From Fimbriosthenelais zetlandica (Eukaryota): DNA of 64,000 bases. The position numbers and the translations under genes were made by a program. Shown here piece by piece: positions 43,391-58,030 of the stretch; the first letter of the stretch is position 1, and each line of letters opens with the position of its first letter. The notes below the pieces were generated by a model, which made no database searches, had not been told where the DNA came from, and saw only the letters and a list, made by a program, of their open reading frames with translations. The DNA is taken from assembly GCA_977030845.1 (NCBI GenBank), contig OZ365112.1, positions 16,120,001 through 16,184,000 of the forward strand. Reading direction: 5' to 3'.

Positions 43391-46300
43391 CTAATAGAGC
43401 ATCTGACCTTATATTGTTGCGTGGGTGTCACGATGAAAAAGTCCACGACCAAAGGCTGTCCTCTGATCAAAGTGACAATGGCAATAACCAATGGTGTGGC
43501 CAGTGTAATTCAATGTAACTGGTAATTAGCTTCCACCATTTCCCCCTCCTTGCTTAAGTAAATTACGTAAGAATGAAAGATAAGTCATCACACGTATTAC
43601 CGAATGGAATTTAACATATGCCAATTAGACGTACCAAGTACCAAATTTAATTAGTTTAACATTATTAGTTGTCATTTTAATTATAGAATTTTCAATTTCC
43701 TTTCACTGTCAGAGCTAGGTCAATTGCCTTCCTCTTTGTTATTAGCCTGTGGTTGACGTTTATAATGTAATTCAATCCAGATTATTTTCTTAATACTGAG
43801 ACAGCGAGGTTGGAGGTTTCTAATGATGAACTGTTTTAAGAACACAACACTGTTACACAGCTCCTGTGATCTGGATTATGAACCTGTGTTGAAGGAGAGC
43901 TTGATATCTATCTTTTTTGAGGAGCATCCATTATTGTGTTGAATCACTGAATCCTAATATTATGTCTCTCGCCTTAAGTCTGTCTCCTCGATGCATCATA
44001 TGAAAATAATGTTGGCTGTGTAGTACTATCAAAGAACCTATTAATATCATGCAGAGAGACCAGGGTTATGAAAGCCTGTAATATTGATTTTCCCCAAAAC
44101 GTCTTTATATCGATTGACCATTCCTGATAAGACACAGCTGCTGGTACCTTCTAAAAATACATTGATCCTTTCTGTGGTACTGCCCCTTGGGCGCTGATCT
44201 AACCCTGCAGGGTTTGTGCTACTTTTGCAGTAAATCAGCCCAACTAGACCATCCCCTCGCCTCACTGAGGTTCTCAATGCCATAGTAAGCCCAACTATAT
44301 TACCCATCATTCTGCCACAGGTGCCCTACCCCCTGGTAACACTGCTGCTTTTTGGATTTTTTTTATCTCCTTGGCACTTTAAGTCTGGAGATCATTCCAC
44401 CCTACTATCTGCTGCCTGCTATCTGGAGCTTGGCTATCTGTTTTCAATACTTTCCTAGACGTCATTGATATTTACCAGAAATAGCCTGTCAGAAATAAAC
44501 CTTGTCCGTATCAGCCATGCATTTTGCTATGTTTAATCCCTACCCTTAGAAGTGCCTTTATCTGACATGAATTTTGCACCAAATTGATGAGGCAGAGCTG
44601 TGTGTTCCTCTTGAGAGAGAAACAACGAGAACTTTGTGTGCCACAGAATCCCCCCAAGTGCCAGTAATCTTCCCAAATACCACTTCATTCTTTCACCTGA
44701 AACATGGCAACACCTGGGCCAGCCCAATCTAGGTTTATTACCATGGACTTGGCCCTTCTCTTACCCCTCCCCTCCCACCCACTCCTGGTCCGGAATGTCG
44801 GAGAAGCGTTCCAATGTTCAACTTCAACAGCTAAAATGTATATGTGTGATGCTCCTAGGAATATATCTCCCAGACCAGACCTGCTGGTGTCATAAATTAA
44901 CGTCTTGCCCTTGACCCTCTTTTCATATATATATAATGCTAGAGTTGAACCCAGCTTGTTATTATTTAAATTTCCTTCTTCCCCCGACCCTAAATGGGAT
45001 GCAGCCCCCCTCAATACCACAACCTGCTTTAATCATTATTGAGTACAATCTTTTATCTCATTTACTATGTAACATGAGAGCGTAGGATCATGTATATGTT
45101 ACCGTGACGGTGTTTTGTCTAACTAGTGTTTGAGATCAGTATCAAGTTTCATATTTCATTTTTCATTATGATTCACCAAGAATATCCAATTTTATGTTAT
45201 TTTTTATTCTTAGAACTGCTTCTCAAATTCTTCATACACTGGTTCTACTATTTCCAATTTGGCTGATGTTAAGGTGTGAGGAATATCTGATATCATCCTT
45301 TCTGTTTTCAATCTTATAACAGCTTGGACAGATACAGGACTGACCTACAAACCTTTAGATCTTCCATGCTTGATTCTACTTTACTTATAAGTACTACATA
45401 TGTTCTCATTGACAACCCCCTTTCAATTAAGGTTTATCCACTAATTGACACCCTCAGGTTGCATTACTAGTGTGTTTGGGCTCATGTAAGTGGTATAGAT
45501 TATATGTTATTTGTCCTTTCTAAGTTCTAACAGAGGTAGAACAGCCACTATACATGTAAAGTACTTCAGGACTTTTACTCTAACACAGGCTAGCTGGAGA
45601 CCCTGGAGGTTTATACCACACATCTCCGTTTACAGCCAAGTTGCTATATAAGGTTACTTGTTACTCCCAACGAGAGTAAAATACTCTCGTTATTATTCCT
45701 AACTCGGGAAATCGAACAGGTATGAAGTGTTGTGGTTTTCCCTGCTGGAGATTAGTTCATGATGAGAAGTCAGAAACGATCATAAATTTACTCCATCATT
45801 AGAATACTAAATTTTATAAGGGGACTATATCGCCTCTTATTCCCTAATAATTTTCCTAATTTTCTGGGTAGTTGATTTACTTTTTATTATATTTATTTTT
45901 ACGTTATGTATCCAGTTGAAGTGGTCATAGAATATACTGTACATTAATTTTGGGATAAGCACTTAGGCCTTGTATAAGAGGTTTGTAGACTGTAGCCATG
46001 TAGACTAAGCTAATGGAAGTATCCCTCATGTTTACCAGGTTATTAATGTAAAGCTTTTCACTTGCTCATGTGCTGCTTCTAAACACTCCTAAATCACTCG
46101 GTGGGGAATAGATGTATAGTATAGGGAAGGCCAACCTACACTATTACACATTCAGCCCTAGAGCTTCATGTACCTCTGGTACAAACACAGTGAAGTGTCA
46201 TCACTGTATACCAACCTAACATTATTTACACGAGTTTTACTAGCAGCTAGTCCGGCCATGATACAATGCTGTCATGTCCTGTCATCTTAGGTAATTACAG

Positions 46301-46595
46301 CTTCATGGGTAAAACATAACGTCCTAATTAACACTCATTATATTATCTTATGTAAGTTTTGAGTAGATCGGATGTAGTACTTAAATTACTTGTCAAACGA
46401 TGAATGACAGCTGTCATTTTTTAATCACATATCCGGTGTTTTAACAAACTTCTGTCTTGCTTTTCTTTTCCCTTTCGTCTTTACGTTCTACATTACACGT
46501 ATAGGTTTTGTTCTTTTCTGCAAATCTATGCCTCGAGTCAAACTGTCCTTTTGCTTATACTCTGTCCATAAAATGATGCTCAATATTCTATGTTC

Positions 46596-46603
46596 TGACG
46601 TCA
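46596..46603. promoter_or_regulatory. Full palindromic cAMP-response element
   Basis: TGACGTCA in PRKAR1 intron 1; motif match only. Confidence 0.35.
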
Positions 46604-49600
46604 CTCAAGCCTCTTTATCCAGGTGAGAGGTTATTTCTTCCTGGACTCAATATTTATGATATGGCAGTTGAGAAAGGAAAAAATTTAAAAGCTTTCTCAC
46701 ATGTGCTTTGCTTTCTCATCTATCCCTCAGCACTCCCAGGCATCCTCACTCTAACTGCTGGGGATGCCTGCCCCGGCAGAGTAGTGTTATATACATGTGG
46801 GCTTCTCACTCCATGCCATTATCTTATTAGGATCTGATAAATATTAAAGTTACAACGCTGAAAGCTAAAACAAGCTCTCATGCGATTTAACATTTAATGT
46901 CTAGAACTATTCAATGAAGAATAACTGGTGTAACTGTAAGGGAAATTGCTTCGAGAAAAGCTTTATATTCCAACATTAACATTCCGAGATTGGGGAGTAT
47001 TCCTATATAGTGCACCATTATAGTAGATTACCTCCGGTTTATTTAGTGTTATAAGTTTTTTTACACATTGCCCATTCTAGACACGTATATAGAGAAGGCA
47101 ATTGCTGGCCATATCTGTGACTTTCAGTCTTGACTTATGAGGATTCACTGCCCTGATAATCGTCCTCTCAATATATAATTCTTTATCACGCCAGTGACCC
47201 AGCTTATCCGGGCAAATATACTCATACAATGGCTTATCTGGTCCGCTTTTACAACCTTGTTTTACTGATTGTCAGAAAAGGCGTACATTTTGTTTGTCAG
47301 ATACATTGAATAACACTTCGTTTTTTTTCATCCTGCAAATACATACGTGTACACAATCTAAAAGTTTTAGCTGTTGACTAATGACGATTGGGGAATATCG
47401 TCATTTATTTTCTTTCTGGGTCACATTGAAAATCTTTTCTGTTTAAAAACAGTTGAGGCAGAGAATGTAAGAGAAGGGGTCTTTTATTGAGTGGAGATTT
47501 CACGGTCACTGAACTGATGGAAGGTGGTGGCTAAACATAGCTTAATCCCTCTATTCTTTTGAAATAGGATTACCGTCTATTTTTACGTTCAGTATTTCTA
47601 AGAAGCTCACTCTCTCTTAATTCACTTCAGTTCATGCCATTTTATAATTAGTGTTCAATAATCATTGAATAAAAAATATAATAACACAAGTGCATTGCAG
47701 GTGTATGATAGAGAACGTGGGTATAATATATCATTTACTTTATGGTTTTTACTGAATTTCTTGTTTGATAAGAGATGATTTATTGTGGCTGATGTGATCA
47801 GAAAATGCTACTCAAATATACATGATCTCCAAATATGTCAAGAACGTTGATTTGAATAATGATATCAGACATTTTAGACACTTAGAAATACATCTCTGAC
47901 CACGATTTACATTTATGTTAGGTTGCATGATGACCTTCAAGTTTGAAGCCAATATCTGCTGCTAGATATTCTCTACTCCTTGGTTTGAGAATGAGTTCAG
48001 AGATGGCAGCACGGTTCTTCCAGGCTGGTTTTCAAGATTTGAGTCGATGTTGTTTCTCTGCACATCACTAGATGTCAGAGCTAGCTCCCTCACCCACCTC
48101 TCACTTTAACATGCTGCATATCTTCATAGATCAGTGAGCTTCACGCTTTATACACTGTATAAAGTTTATGAAATTTCCCAACCAACCAGATACACCATCA
48201 CAGAAATCCTGCCAATGAAACCCTCCTCAAATTTGTATCTTGAGGGCAATGCTAAATTTCTTTCTTTCTAGTCCTTTGGGTAATTAAATTGCTGGTTTAG
48301 GTATTTTGTTCTAATTTGATGGAAAATGATCTTGGCTTGCTGCCAATTATGACATAACCTGAATTGAGCATGGATTGCTTTGGTTTCCTCTGCTAATCTG
48401 CCATAGATTCTTTGACCAGTAATGAAGCCCCTAATGAATACATGTACGGAGTTGAATTATCATTAGGTGTAGGTAGTCCTGTCCCTGGTCACTTACCTGT
48501 CCATGTCTGTCTCCTGAGACTATGACTGATTCTCAGTAGACATCCACTACGTCCACCGTACTTCATTTATTAGCTCCAAACCTGGCCAAAGTTACTTAGT
48601 GTAGTCTAACGGGAGGGCTGGCAAAAATATGCCTGCACTATTCATGTGTTTATAAGTACTTTACTTTTTATAGGCAAAGTGTAATCCAATCTATTTCTAT
48701 TCTGATTTGGTAATATTAACCCAAACGATTTACAACAAATATCGTTGATAAACGGGCTTTTAATGTCCAAAACGGTTTTCCATTTGGGTTTACCAGGCAT
48801 CCGGTTTCCGTAACCATTCACATAAAAGCCAGATTCAATTATGGCAACCGTAATGCGTCCAACTGTCGTGGAAATGCCATGAAAATAACCGGCAGTCTGT
48901 TTAAGTGTGGGCGTATTTTCCCTGAAGGCAAATCAAAGATGGACGTGGTCTGGACCATGATTATTAAACAAGACTAGCCTGACTACTCAGATATTCTGAT
49001 CGCCCACTGAGAGATTCTCTTTTAGCTGCTGTTTGTTGGCCCATCAACTCCATCCAACCTTGCAATACTTTCCTTCAGTTTAGCACAGCCAAAGTAAAGT
49101 CCGAAACTATTTATGCGGAAGCCTTGATAGTGTTCATTTTGAAGTCGAGTGATGGCCACTCAGCTAAGTCACAGGCATTGGGCAGCATGTCTCTGGCACC
49201 TTGATAATGAGTGTGCTGAGAGTTAACATCTGTATGGATTCCTTGTTCGTTTTCCTGTGCCTAGCACCGGGCAGAATCCTAAATACCACTTGTTTGTGAG
49301 GCCTGGAATCGTGCTCAGCCACCCTGGGGCTACATCATCTTGTTGTGAATGAGGACAAGATGTAAGTCTGTGGAATAAACCTGGTGGTAGGACAAGTGTA
49401 TGCACGGAAAGCAAGAGAGTCCCCGTCTTATCTGTTTGACTTTTTCATTGGCATCAGTTTTATCAGTATTATAGAAGACATCCTGCATGTGGCCCTACAG
49501 GGAAGTTTAGAACCTGTCTGACACATTGGCAAATGTGTTGGTGAAGCATGAATATGATAGCCACCCTGGGTAATCGCACATATGGGACTTGGCTGTGGCC

Positions 49601-52099
49601 ACCGTTCCTCTGTCGATATACAATGTATATTTATATGCAGGACCACGTCAGCGTGCTAGTTGTGGTGATGTAACCTCCAACCAGGAAAGAGAGGCTAACC
49701 GGAAAACAGCAGCAGATAGTTGTAGAAGAGTTCACCACATATAACTATGCTCGTGGTTTACTATGGGTAATAAATGAAATATAAGTGTCAGCATAAATCA
49801 TATAAATTTTACATTGTCCCTGATTTTTGCCTGGGTATTGTGTTGTTCATATTTCCTGCGGGTGCATAAATAATGGCTATCATATTGTAAATTAGCTGTA
49901 AGGCTTGAGCATCTCTTCATGCATTTGGATAGCACTCGTGTCACTAACACACTCAGGCTTTTATTTGAATATAGGAACCATTTATCACTTCACAAGTGTT
50001 CTTCCTTCATACGTGGCCACATTTCATGCTTGCATAAAATCAATATGTTATTGCATTGCGGGAGAATCCCCTATGAATGGGAAGCTTGCCTTATCTAAAT
50101 AAAAGCCAGTTTGTACATGTTTATTTATGTCCAAGCTGTTATAAAATAAATTGAGGAATCTGAAACGGCCTATTTGCATGGAAAGTACTGTACTTTTTAA
50201 TATCCTCCAAAGTTCTGCCATATAATTGTGGTCATGTTAACAGGTAATTTTCATTGAGAATTCCTGTAAGTCTAGGACATTGAGTTCTTCTGTAATTTTG
50301 TAATTAATACAGGTCTGCCATAATTGCACTCCACAGGTGCGAATATTACATCCGATGTCCTGAGGCTGAGCAGCTGTTCATCCCACAGGGGAACAGGCCT
50401 CCACATATAACACGATTAATCTTGGCTTCAAATTTAGCCCATCTTTCAGTTTGAGACCTTGACTCCAAAGGCAGATTCCACGAGGAGCGGTTGGAATGCC
50501 TGTGGTAGTCACTGGTGGCTGATTGCAGAGAGTGGGAGGAGCGCCTCTGCTGGTGATGTTAGTGGTAGTCAGTCTACCGACCTGTGGTGAAGTGTGTCAT
50601 TGCTGACTTGGTACCCAGTGGTTCCCAGTTCCTCTCCTTCCTTTTAGTACTCCACCAGAAACCACCAGTGGAGTAAGTGGTGTATGGAAAGTTTCCTCTG
50701 GACCTGGCTCTTGTATATTTGCATCTATTTTCGCATTGAAACCATGCACCAGCAGCTTTCTTTCTGTGAAGCTTTCAATAGGCTGATCATATGTCGTGTT
50801 GATCAACTTGGGATTGAGCTTTTATTGGATCTATTTGACGCTAGTCTACTGACGCGTCTCTGCCTCTTTCAGAGGAAGTAGGGAGTTATTATAAACAGAA
50901 CTTTGTGGAACCTCAATGCCTTGACTACTTTCATGGATTTACAGCATTATGTAATTTGATCTGAACTGTTTTTATGCTTTCTTGATATCATTTTCGTCAA
51001 TTCAAAGTCGGATCTATATAGGGGAAAGAACTTATAGATATGGACACTATTTATTTTCATGTGGAAATACTATAGCATCCCCTACTCATAGTAACCCGTG
51101 TACACTAATTCATTATTACTAATGCGCTTTATCACTGGGTTAAGTATACTGGTCATTGACCGGCGATTGATTTGGCCTTCTTGATGTAATTAGTGCAGAG
51201 TTTACATCATATATGACCCTCTGCAGGCTGCAAGTATTATCCAGTTCATGTTCTGAGGGGTCCAGTCAACTAAGTGCCTTCACCCAAGTATCCATTAAGC
51301 TCTGTACTTACTACCTAAAGTGTAGAGGAAAGTACGTGGAGTTGGTTGCCCTCTCAGACTCACGGATGTTATAGTTTCCTAATTAAAAACGCTGTAATTT
51401 AACTTGACTTGGAGGATATATCCACTGTCAGCAATTATACATTAATGAGCAGTCTCTCTGACAACTGTATTGATAAGGAAAATTGGTCTTAATTCATCAG
51501 ACATGGAGGTACGTATAGATTGCTACATCTCCCATTCAATATCCCTCGGAATTGCAATAAATATCCTTAATATGATGTTGGATACAAAATAAGGCCAACT
51601 GTAAGCCTTTCCTGTTTGCATATCTATTCCATTTACTCGTGTGAATCGCTTTTATCACAATCCAAGTGGCTTGTTCTTATCAGCACACATTTAGATAGTT
51701 TGATTTCCAAACCTGGTTTGACCTCGTGCAGGCTCTTTGTTTCTGTGTAAATGGAGTATAGATTTATCATGTTGATAAACTTCTGTAATGGAGGTAAATA
51801 AGGTGCGTTTTATCACACTTTACAGGAGTGAGCTATAACTTTCACTTTTGCCTGCTGTATAACAGGTGTGTTGATTTAGTTGTAATTTTGTCCACTTCCT
51901 CTTGTTATCTTCCACCTACCTTGACCCCACGTGCCAGCCACCCTTCTAATTTACCAGAACAAAAACTGCAGCGGCTCCCAATTATCTGAAAGTTGTGTTG
52001 ATGTTGTATGTGCAGAGGTACTGAAGGACGGGCCTATGTCTCAGGTCTTGTTGGTGTGTTCTCTCTCACCTTGAGCGTGCATAACGATCTATAATCATT

Positions 52100-52760
52100 A
52101 CTTTAAGTGTCCCTGTTATTTCGTTGCTGAAGTCAGTGTGATATAAAGATGATATTTGTTCATGAAGAGCGACTTTTTGTGCCCACTTTGCCATATCACT
52201 TTGATGTATTCATGTGAGCTTCAGCAAGCCCTCTTCTGTAGTATGTACATACTTTCATGGACAGAAAGGACACCTGGGAGTGGACTCCTATATATATCCG
52301 ATAGATCGTAGTATTTTTGAGCATGTATGATGGTATTAACATATTCAGTCCCTTTCATTAAGTGTCCTTCTATGAATGGTTACAAACTACCTGAACAGGT
52401 ATCTCAGTGAAATACAATCCCTGGGCTCGTGTATCTTGATAACTGACATAGCATAACATAATCCCATGCCTATCATTCTCATATATCTACATTGTTGTAA
52501 TGTTATCTGGTAGATACATTCCTATAGGATACTGTTACATTCAGTAAGTGTATGAAGGATTGCTGTTGATGGAGTCAGCCTTTACTTGTATTGGACTTCT
52601 ATATGGCCGCTGGTCGTACTGCAAACTCATCCTATCGTATCAAAAAACCAACATTTATCATGTGATGGCCGATTAACTCCCTTCTTTATATGTGTGATAT
52701 TTCCCATTGGAGACTATTAGTTACAGACTATTATAGAATTTTGATCTAAATGTAGCCTTT
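52100..52760 (-). mobile_element. Highly decayed non-LTR reverse transcriptase fragment (RTE-X/L2-like)
   Basis: The broken minus-strand translation retains a weak YxxPGIVF (compare YKYLGIxF) and flanking RT-like spacing, with many stops and frameshifts. Confidence 0.25.
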
Positions 52761-55700
52761 GTTAGGTTTGGTAACATGTCTGCTGTAGGACTCAACTATT
52801 CCATTAAAGCCAAATTGATGTTGATGACTGCTCGTTTATTTAGCTATAAACATATTATTTATGGGTCTTTATTACTTGCCGAGAACAATAACATTGACAT
52901 AAACATCATGTGTAGCCATGTTGCGGGTGATTACATAGTCAGTGAGAGCCACCGGCTACAAATTGTCCTGCCACTGAATGCACATTGAGTATAAGCCTTT
53001 AGACTGTAGGGGCAGCCACTCTGTGACTCCTTAACACAGTCTTGCCAAAGTACTGGTCTTGTAGGGTCACAAGAGTCCTCCATTTGCCATGGCAATGAGA
53101 TGGTATTTCCCAAGTTACTGTGGAGAGGCGTGAAATGCCTAGAGAACACCCATACGGTATGTCTCGTGAAGGCATCACCTATTACAATAGCCCACACGGT
53201 GGTGTTTGTATTTCTGCCAGCCACCGACGAGGGATACAATTAATTAGTGAGAATTTTGCTGAACTGATTCCATGTCCAAATTACTTAATCATGACACACG
53301 ACCCCTAATGTGCAATGTGATCACCTGCGAGCATAATTATCTGGGCAGCAGGCACTTTTTATCTTATCCCAAGGGCGGTAAGAGAGGCTGCCATTCAAAA
53401 TGCTCATTTTGCATGAAATCCCTGCAAATAAAAAGAATTGTAACTAAACATTTGGCTCTGGTACTGGTATTATGGGCAGAATATCCTGGCTGAATTGATA
53501 TACTCATATAGATCTACTGAACAATTTTCACTGAATCTGAATCTAGCGAAGTCTGATGTGTGGAGCTTTATTGAAATAATAAGTATCGCTCAGTATGAGT
53601 TGTGCCACTTATCTTTTAAATGATTTTTAATGAATTTTTATATGAGTTTTCAAATGGTTGTATGCTAGAATCATTTGCTGTCTTGAGGTATTTTGAGCCT
53701 TTCTGGATGTCATTGACAACCATCGGTATCATCTTGCTCAGTTGCTTTGTTTGCATAAGTAGCTGATGGGCTACATGCTTCCATCTCACACATAAATACT
53801 TCCATTTCTGATTCATGGAAGAGCCGTGCCACTCATGACAGTGGGGTGGCACACAATTTGTTTTTATCACTTTCAGTTTTTTAACTAACTTAAACTAGCC
53901 ACAATTTTCTTCTGTTTCACCTATCTTACCAAGGTGAGGTAAATATTCGTGTATCTTATGTATACTATTATTGACCACAAGTTCCCCTTACTAGATAATG
54001 CTATAGATAATAGCTTCCAATACAAGTGGAAACACTCCAGACATCAGCCTAATGTAATAGGTATTTACCATGCTATTGTTCTGGATTAGTCAATGATAAT
54101 CAGTACCACCTCGTGGACTATTTGCGGACGTACTCACTATGTCAATGATTCCCATATTTAAAAGTTTGTTTTTAAAAGTTTGTAAATATAACTATTGGAT
54201 CACATTGGAAATCTATTTCAATATGGTCCTTAAAATGTTATTAAATGGAACATCTCACTAGGAGTTGCTTGGGGAGTGACCTAGAAAATGTACACACCTG
54301 ACTGGGAGGCCATAGAAGGACATGACATAACGGTATCGGACGTTTCTGTGTGACTAGCTGTAAGTATTACTGGAATTACCCTGATTTCAGGTCAGCAGTT
54401 AGGATGTCTGTATATGGGGAGGACGGGTCACCGAGGCCAGCCATGGTAGAGGTGGATCTTAATGAGAGTGCCTCAGACCATCTAAGGATTGAGAGGATAA
54501 TGTGCACTCCAGAGGGTGAAAGGTGTGTTTCTAAAATAACAAGGGTTGACTATATGATGGACATGACAAATACATCTCCTCAGTCTGGGATGGATGGCAC
54601 GTTGACATTGAATCACATTATACACTTGTATTCTCTCAGTTCAGTGTGCTCTAGCTGGACTAAGATGGCTTGATGGGATTGCTTGCCTCCAGGAAAGGAT
54701 GCCCATATGTCCATTCATTCCTTTAACGGGCAAAAAGCCATGAGATTCTGCAGCCTCGAATCTATAGAGATATAAATGGGTCAAATCGTTATTCCACCCT
54801 AAGTCTGTCATTTGCAATTTGAGTAGCTCGCCAGAGCCTTTTAATGGGTATACTTGCTCATGAATCCCATGTAAAGTAGCTTATAAGCCCACATCACTTT
54901 ATGGTCAGCCCAACTACTTTGGTTTTAAAACCGCTTTGGCACTTAAGCCAAGAACTTTTATCACCAATTCTATATTTTATAAAGGAGGAGTTAATAGGTT
55001 CCGTGTAATATTCAACAAGTTGTACTCTCACGGTGGGAGTCATTACCTAGGTCCAGCCTCTGCAGGTTTTGTGATTTATTTATTGGGATTACCTGTCCTC
55101 TATGGAGTGTCCGTGCTGGGCTGAAATCTGCAGTTAAACATTGATTAACGAGGCTGGGAAATCATGTTATTTGTTGGACAAGAGGCCTTGAGTAGTTCGC
55201 CCTGTGGATCCTGAAAATCCTGCTCTTGGAGAAACACAGACAATGACATGGCATATTTGTGGACTCATAATGTCATGAGACAGTGAAGTACATTTAACAC
55301 ATTTGAGTTACTTCCCTCCCACACAAAAAAGGATCATTGTAACAATGAATCTGATCCAGTTATTGATCTTCATCTGTGGGCCCTTTCCAAACATTAATAC
55401 CATTTGACTATATCTCATAGCCAGTTCTCGTGTAATAGAGAGATGTATCTTTTACAAAGAGAATCACTTCCTAAATGCCATATATACGCTGGTACAGTAG
55501 GAAAATGGTATACATTCGTTACTTATGAATACTCTGAATATATATGAATAACATATTTCTTCCAAGTGTCCACTGTGCAGGGCTTTGCCTTCTGGCCTAC
55601 ATTTTATGTAGGGCCATTGCCATGTATGAAAGGCACGCTTATTTTGACCTGTGCAGGAAATTAGTTGTCACTGAGCATATTTGTACAGGCATCGGGTGTA

Positions 55701-55829
55701 ATAACATGGATGCAAGAATAAGCAAGCTGGAATGAAGATGTAAAAGTTGGGGCCTCTCCCAAAAACCAAAAAGGTTCATAGATATTGATATAGGCACTAA
55801 ATAGCTATATACAGCAGAATCAGATCAGA

Positions 55830-56050
55830 TTTGATAAGTTATTTTTCTTCTGAATAACGTTGCCCAGATTTGTACTATAGGAATTAGTCTTTGAATTACT
55901 AGGACAAATAATTCCTTCTGTTCAAAAGTCGAAGATATTAGACTGCAAATTGGAAACAAATAGTTCTTTATCTTCAAAAACCCCAGCAAATGTATGATTG
56001 AGAGTTTGGTTGATTGGGTAAGACACATTACCTTTGGTTGAATTGATGTA
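55830..56050 (-). mobile_element. Possible decayed LINE ORF2 C-terminal fragment
   Basis: GVFEDKELF resembles the degenerate VEDExHFL zinc-knuckle region at LINE ORF2 ends; weak. Confidence 0.2.
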
Positions 56051-57922
56051 TCCTGACATACTACTAATGATGATAGATAGTAAAGGAGGGCAGGTGTTGG
56101 TGGCATGGCACAGGTGAAACACCTCCAGCAAGTGGCATGAGTCCAGGAATATATATAAAAGGGTCAAGTCAACCTTGACTTACCTGTCCTTGGTCTCACG
56201 TCTCCTCGCCTCAATTTTTTATTGCAAGTTGCTCAGACGGATAACCATTGGCTTTATGCATTAGACCGTAAAATGATTAGAAACTTGTGAAAATCTCTGC
56301 TTATCTTTTTAAAAAGTTTTCTGTCGTATCAGATTTTCGTCTAGTTATGATGCAGCATCAAATGGAACCAATTGTATCACATGAAAGGTGTAAGAGATTC
56401 GGTGAATAGCTGTTGATCACTGCGAGATTGATTCTTATGTTAGATCCTGGTACCATTTGTTTATAAATCACTATTCTCATCCACTCACCCTGCACCCTAA
56501 ACCAAGAAGTAGGCAGTGAATCATTTACCCCTGGAAAGATGTATAATTCTTGGAAGGTTTACATTTGCCCCAGTAGGTTTGCTATGAAGTATTTGGAGAG
56601 ACATTAAGTATTGCTGAATCGGGATCCATGGGCAAGCCATGATGTGGTTGAAGAGTGACAGATATCTCCCTGCCTTCCCACTCCTGGCACTTGAGGAGGA
56701 GGAGGTAGGGTAAGTGGGTCTCTGGCCTTGTGTTTGGCCTGGAGAAACCTCCAGTGGCCTCCAGGCAGTTGTCTGGGACCTGGAGAAGGAGGGTGTGACA
56801 TATTGGTGTTAAGGTGTTGTTGAGGATTGTACAGCTGAACCCTGAATGAGGAGACTATAGATGAGCTGAACTCGCTGTGTGTGTGGCCATCACCTTCACC
56901 ATTCACATGTGTTATTGAATGTTTGTAAGGGAAGCTGCCCCTTGTTTGGTGTTTCCATGTATTCACCTGATTGCGCATTCTCATGCCATTCTATAATTAC
57001 TCCACCAACCTTCCTAAAGTATCTCAAGCCTTGAAAACTCGATCCTAATCAACTCAAAGGGCCGGACTAAGGAGTTACCCACAGGACAAAAGATACCAGA
57101 GCAAAGCAAGGTCAGACTGTCAAAACAAGAACACTGCACATGTAGAGAAAAAATAATTAACTCTGCACGAATTGGCATATGGGATTTAATAACCTCGATA
57201 TGGCAGGATCTTCATGGATTGTCAGTGTCATTTGTTCACATGAATGCGCCTCTGATCAAGTATATCGACTTTATTATTAATCATACTAAGTCAGAGCATG
57301 AGTTGTGTTATATATTTGTGACTCTCTTTGAGAAGCCCTGAGCTATTAGCCTTAGAACAACTCCCCTTGAAGGCTCCTTCTCTATCTCTCCATCCTGCCC
57401 CTCCACTTGGTATCGATCAAAAGTCTAGAGAGAGGAGAGACAAAAGCCCCAAGCTCTGGGTAATAAACCGTGATCGCTGTACAGCCAGCCTTCTACCATT
57501 TATCACACTGTTTGAATACATTGGGATCAAGGACGCAATGGATGGGTTAGATTACACTCTGGTATGTAAGCATGTTCACATTTAACGAGTAGTTGATCCT
57601 GCATTATGGAATCATTATGTAAGGCCATCTTGTAAGCTGAATGATAACTCTGGTAAACTGATGCAGGTTCAAACAACTTGGTTTTGTATCCACCTGTTTG
57701 GTTTTACAATTATGTAGTCTTTGAATTTTCATCTCTCATCACTACCATCATTAGTTTGTATATATAACCTAAAATCAATATGTACAAGTATGTTATCTGA
57801 TTACCATATCCAATTCATTCCATCATTATCAATCATCTTTTTCATTCCGAGGCAATTAACCTTAATATTATATTATCATGTTTCTATGGCATGTGTGCAG
57901 TGTGTGTAATTCTGTTATAAAA

Positions 57923-58030
57923 TATAACTGTAGTTAGCAGTAACCGGGTATAACTGTAGTTAGCAGTAACCGGGTATAACTGTAGTTAGCAGTAACCGGG
58001 TATAACTGTAGTTAGCAGTAACCGGGTATA
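57923..58030. repeat. Perfect minisatellite, 26 bp x 4
   Basis: TATAACTGTAGTTAGCAGTAACCGGG repeated four times identically, plus TATA; no spacers. Confidence 0.97.

Noticed and set aside
44685-45020. 111-aa minus-strand ORF with faint endonuclease-like GVAMF motif
   Set aside because: Similarity too weak, and it conflicts in strand with nearby LINE-like hints; not called.
46505-46622. Exon-like segment (TAG acceptor, GTGAGA donor) with an ATG
   Set aside because: The phase-0 reading hits a stop, and the ATG frame ends in phase 2, incompatible with the phase-0 PRKAR1 junction; no homology.
57923-58030. 26-bp repeats of CRISPR-like length
   Set aside because: The units are directly adjacent with no spacers, there are no cas genes, and the context is a eukaryotic intron.
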